A DNA stretch of 64,000 nucleotides from an uncultured Methanoregulaceae archaeon. Lineage in GTDB: Archaea; Halobacteriota; Methanomicrobia; Methanomicrobiales; Methanospirillaceae. The notes under the pieces were generated by a model that worked only from the letters and a program-made list of their open reading frames with translations, was not told the DNA's origin and made no database searches. The stretch covers positions 1,280,001 through 1,344,000 of the forward strand of contig OY970061.1 of NCBI GenBank assembly GCA_963705255.1, in the 5' to 3' direction. Of the stretch, positions 63,304 through 64,000 are shown piece by piece. Positions within the stretch are counted from its first letter, which is position 1; the number at the start of each line of letters is the position of its first letter. Position numbers and translations under genes: made by a program.

Positions 63304-64000
63304 ATGAGCGATGATTCGATTAAAAAACAACGATTGCCGTATTTCAGGGTGATCACCAGCCTTGCCGTAATTATTGTTCTTTCTGTTCTCGTCTTCTTCG
63401 TCTCGGCACGGCTGAACCTTGCCGAGAACCTTGTCGCCACCCTCTCGGGTTTCGAGTCCTTCCAGCTGGACGAACTCCTCGTGGTCAGCATCTTTCTCGT
63501 CTTCGCCCTTGCCGTCTTCGCGATCCAGCTCTGGCATATCCTTGCTGCAGGGACGAGGAAGCACGGGCGCCTCGAGAGGGCACTGAACCATACCAACGCG
63601 AAACTCACCTTCCTCAACAGTGTGACGCGGCAGGACATTCTCGATGAGCTGACCGAGCTCTCCGGTGATCTGGAGCACGCCGAGAAGACCCCCAATATCC
63701 TGAAGATCCAGGCCGCGATAACCCGGATCCACCGCCAGATCAAGTTCATCAAGGAATATCAGGACATCGGTGTCAGCCCGCCGGAATGGCAGAACGTTGT
63801 GGACACCATCATGCGGGCACGGGTTGGCGTGCAGCTCGGGAAGGTCACTGTCGAGGTCGAGATCCAGAATGTGGAGATCTATGCCGACCGGCTCCTCGAA
63901 AAAGCGTTCTATTACATGATCGACAACGCCCTGAAGCATGGCGGCGAGAAGCTAACGAAGATACGGTTCTACGATCGCAAGTCAGAGGACAAGTTCGTCA
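63304..64000 (+). CDS. Membrane-bound histidine kinase-like protein (partial, runs off window end; not in ORF track)
   Basis: Hand translation: two TM helices, KLTFLNSVTRQDILDEL, KEYQDIG..PEWQ, EIYADRLLEK...IDNALKHG. Confidence 0.88.
   Translation, partial: MSDDSIKKQRLPYFRVITSLAVIIVLSVLVFFVSARLNLAENLVATLSGFESFQLDELLVVSIFLVFALAVFAIQLWHILAAGTRKHGRLERALNHTNAKLTFLNSVTRQDILDELTELSGDLEHAEKTPNILKIQAAITRIHRQIKFIKEYQDIGVSPPEWQNVVDTIMRARVGVQLGKVTVEVEIQNVEIYADRLLEKAFYYMIDNALKHGGEKLTKIRFYDRKSEDKFV

Overview
Archaeal chromosomal DNA, most consistent with a Methanomicrobiales methanogen (Methanoregula/Methanolinea-like; inferred from gene content and protein style, not from a marker search). Core genes: cupin pgi, rnhB, geranylgeranyl reductase plus ferredoxin, the elp3-priS-gins51-rpl44e-rps27e-eif2a-nop10-PAC2 superoperon, egsA, proS, tRNA-Gly(CCC), tsaC. 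Accessory content: a bacterial-type (GSI-beta) glnA; a katG-ahbD-ahbA-ahbB-ahbC operon (catalase-peroxidase with its own heme pathway); an AT-rich HNH nuclease; a 23.8-27 kb island with 25-bp-period arrays flanking an HTH/SocA-like/PemK cassette and a deletion scar joining ASCH and HsdR stubs; a hemerythrin-DUF2769-rubredoxin operon; and two-component genes. Best candidates for undescribed biology: (1) a receptor-like Ser/Thr kinase (beta-helix ectodomain-TM-kinase) directly behind an HTH-FHA regulator; (2) the 25-bp arrays; (3) a dispersed GC-rich bipartite repeat, one copy of which carries a 167-bp multi-hairpin insert resembling another structured repeat at 2.3 kb. About ten genes, including essential priS, are broken by 1-2 base lesions, almost all at GTAC or AGCT. 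This is best explained as methylation-linked base-calling error rather than pseudogenisation.
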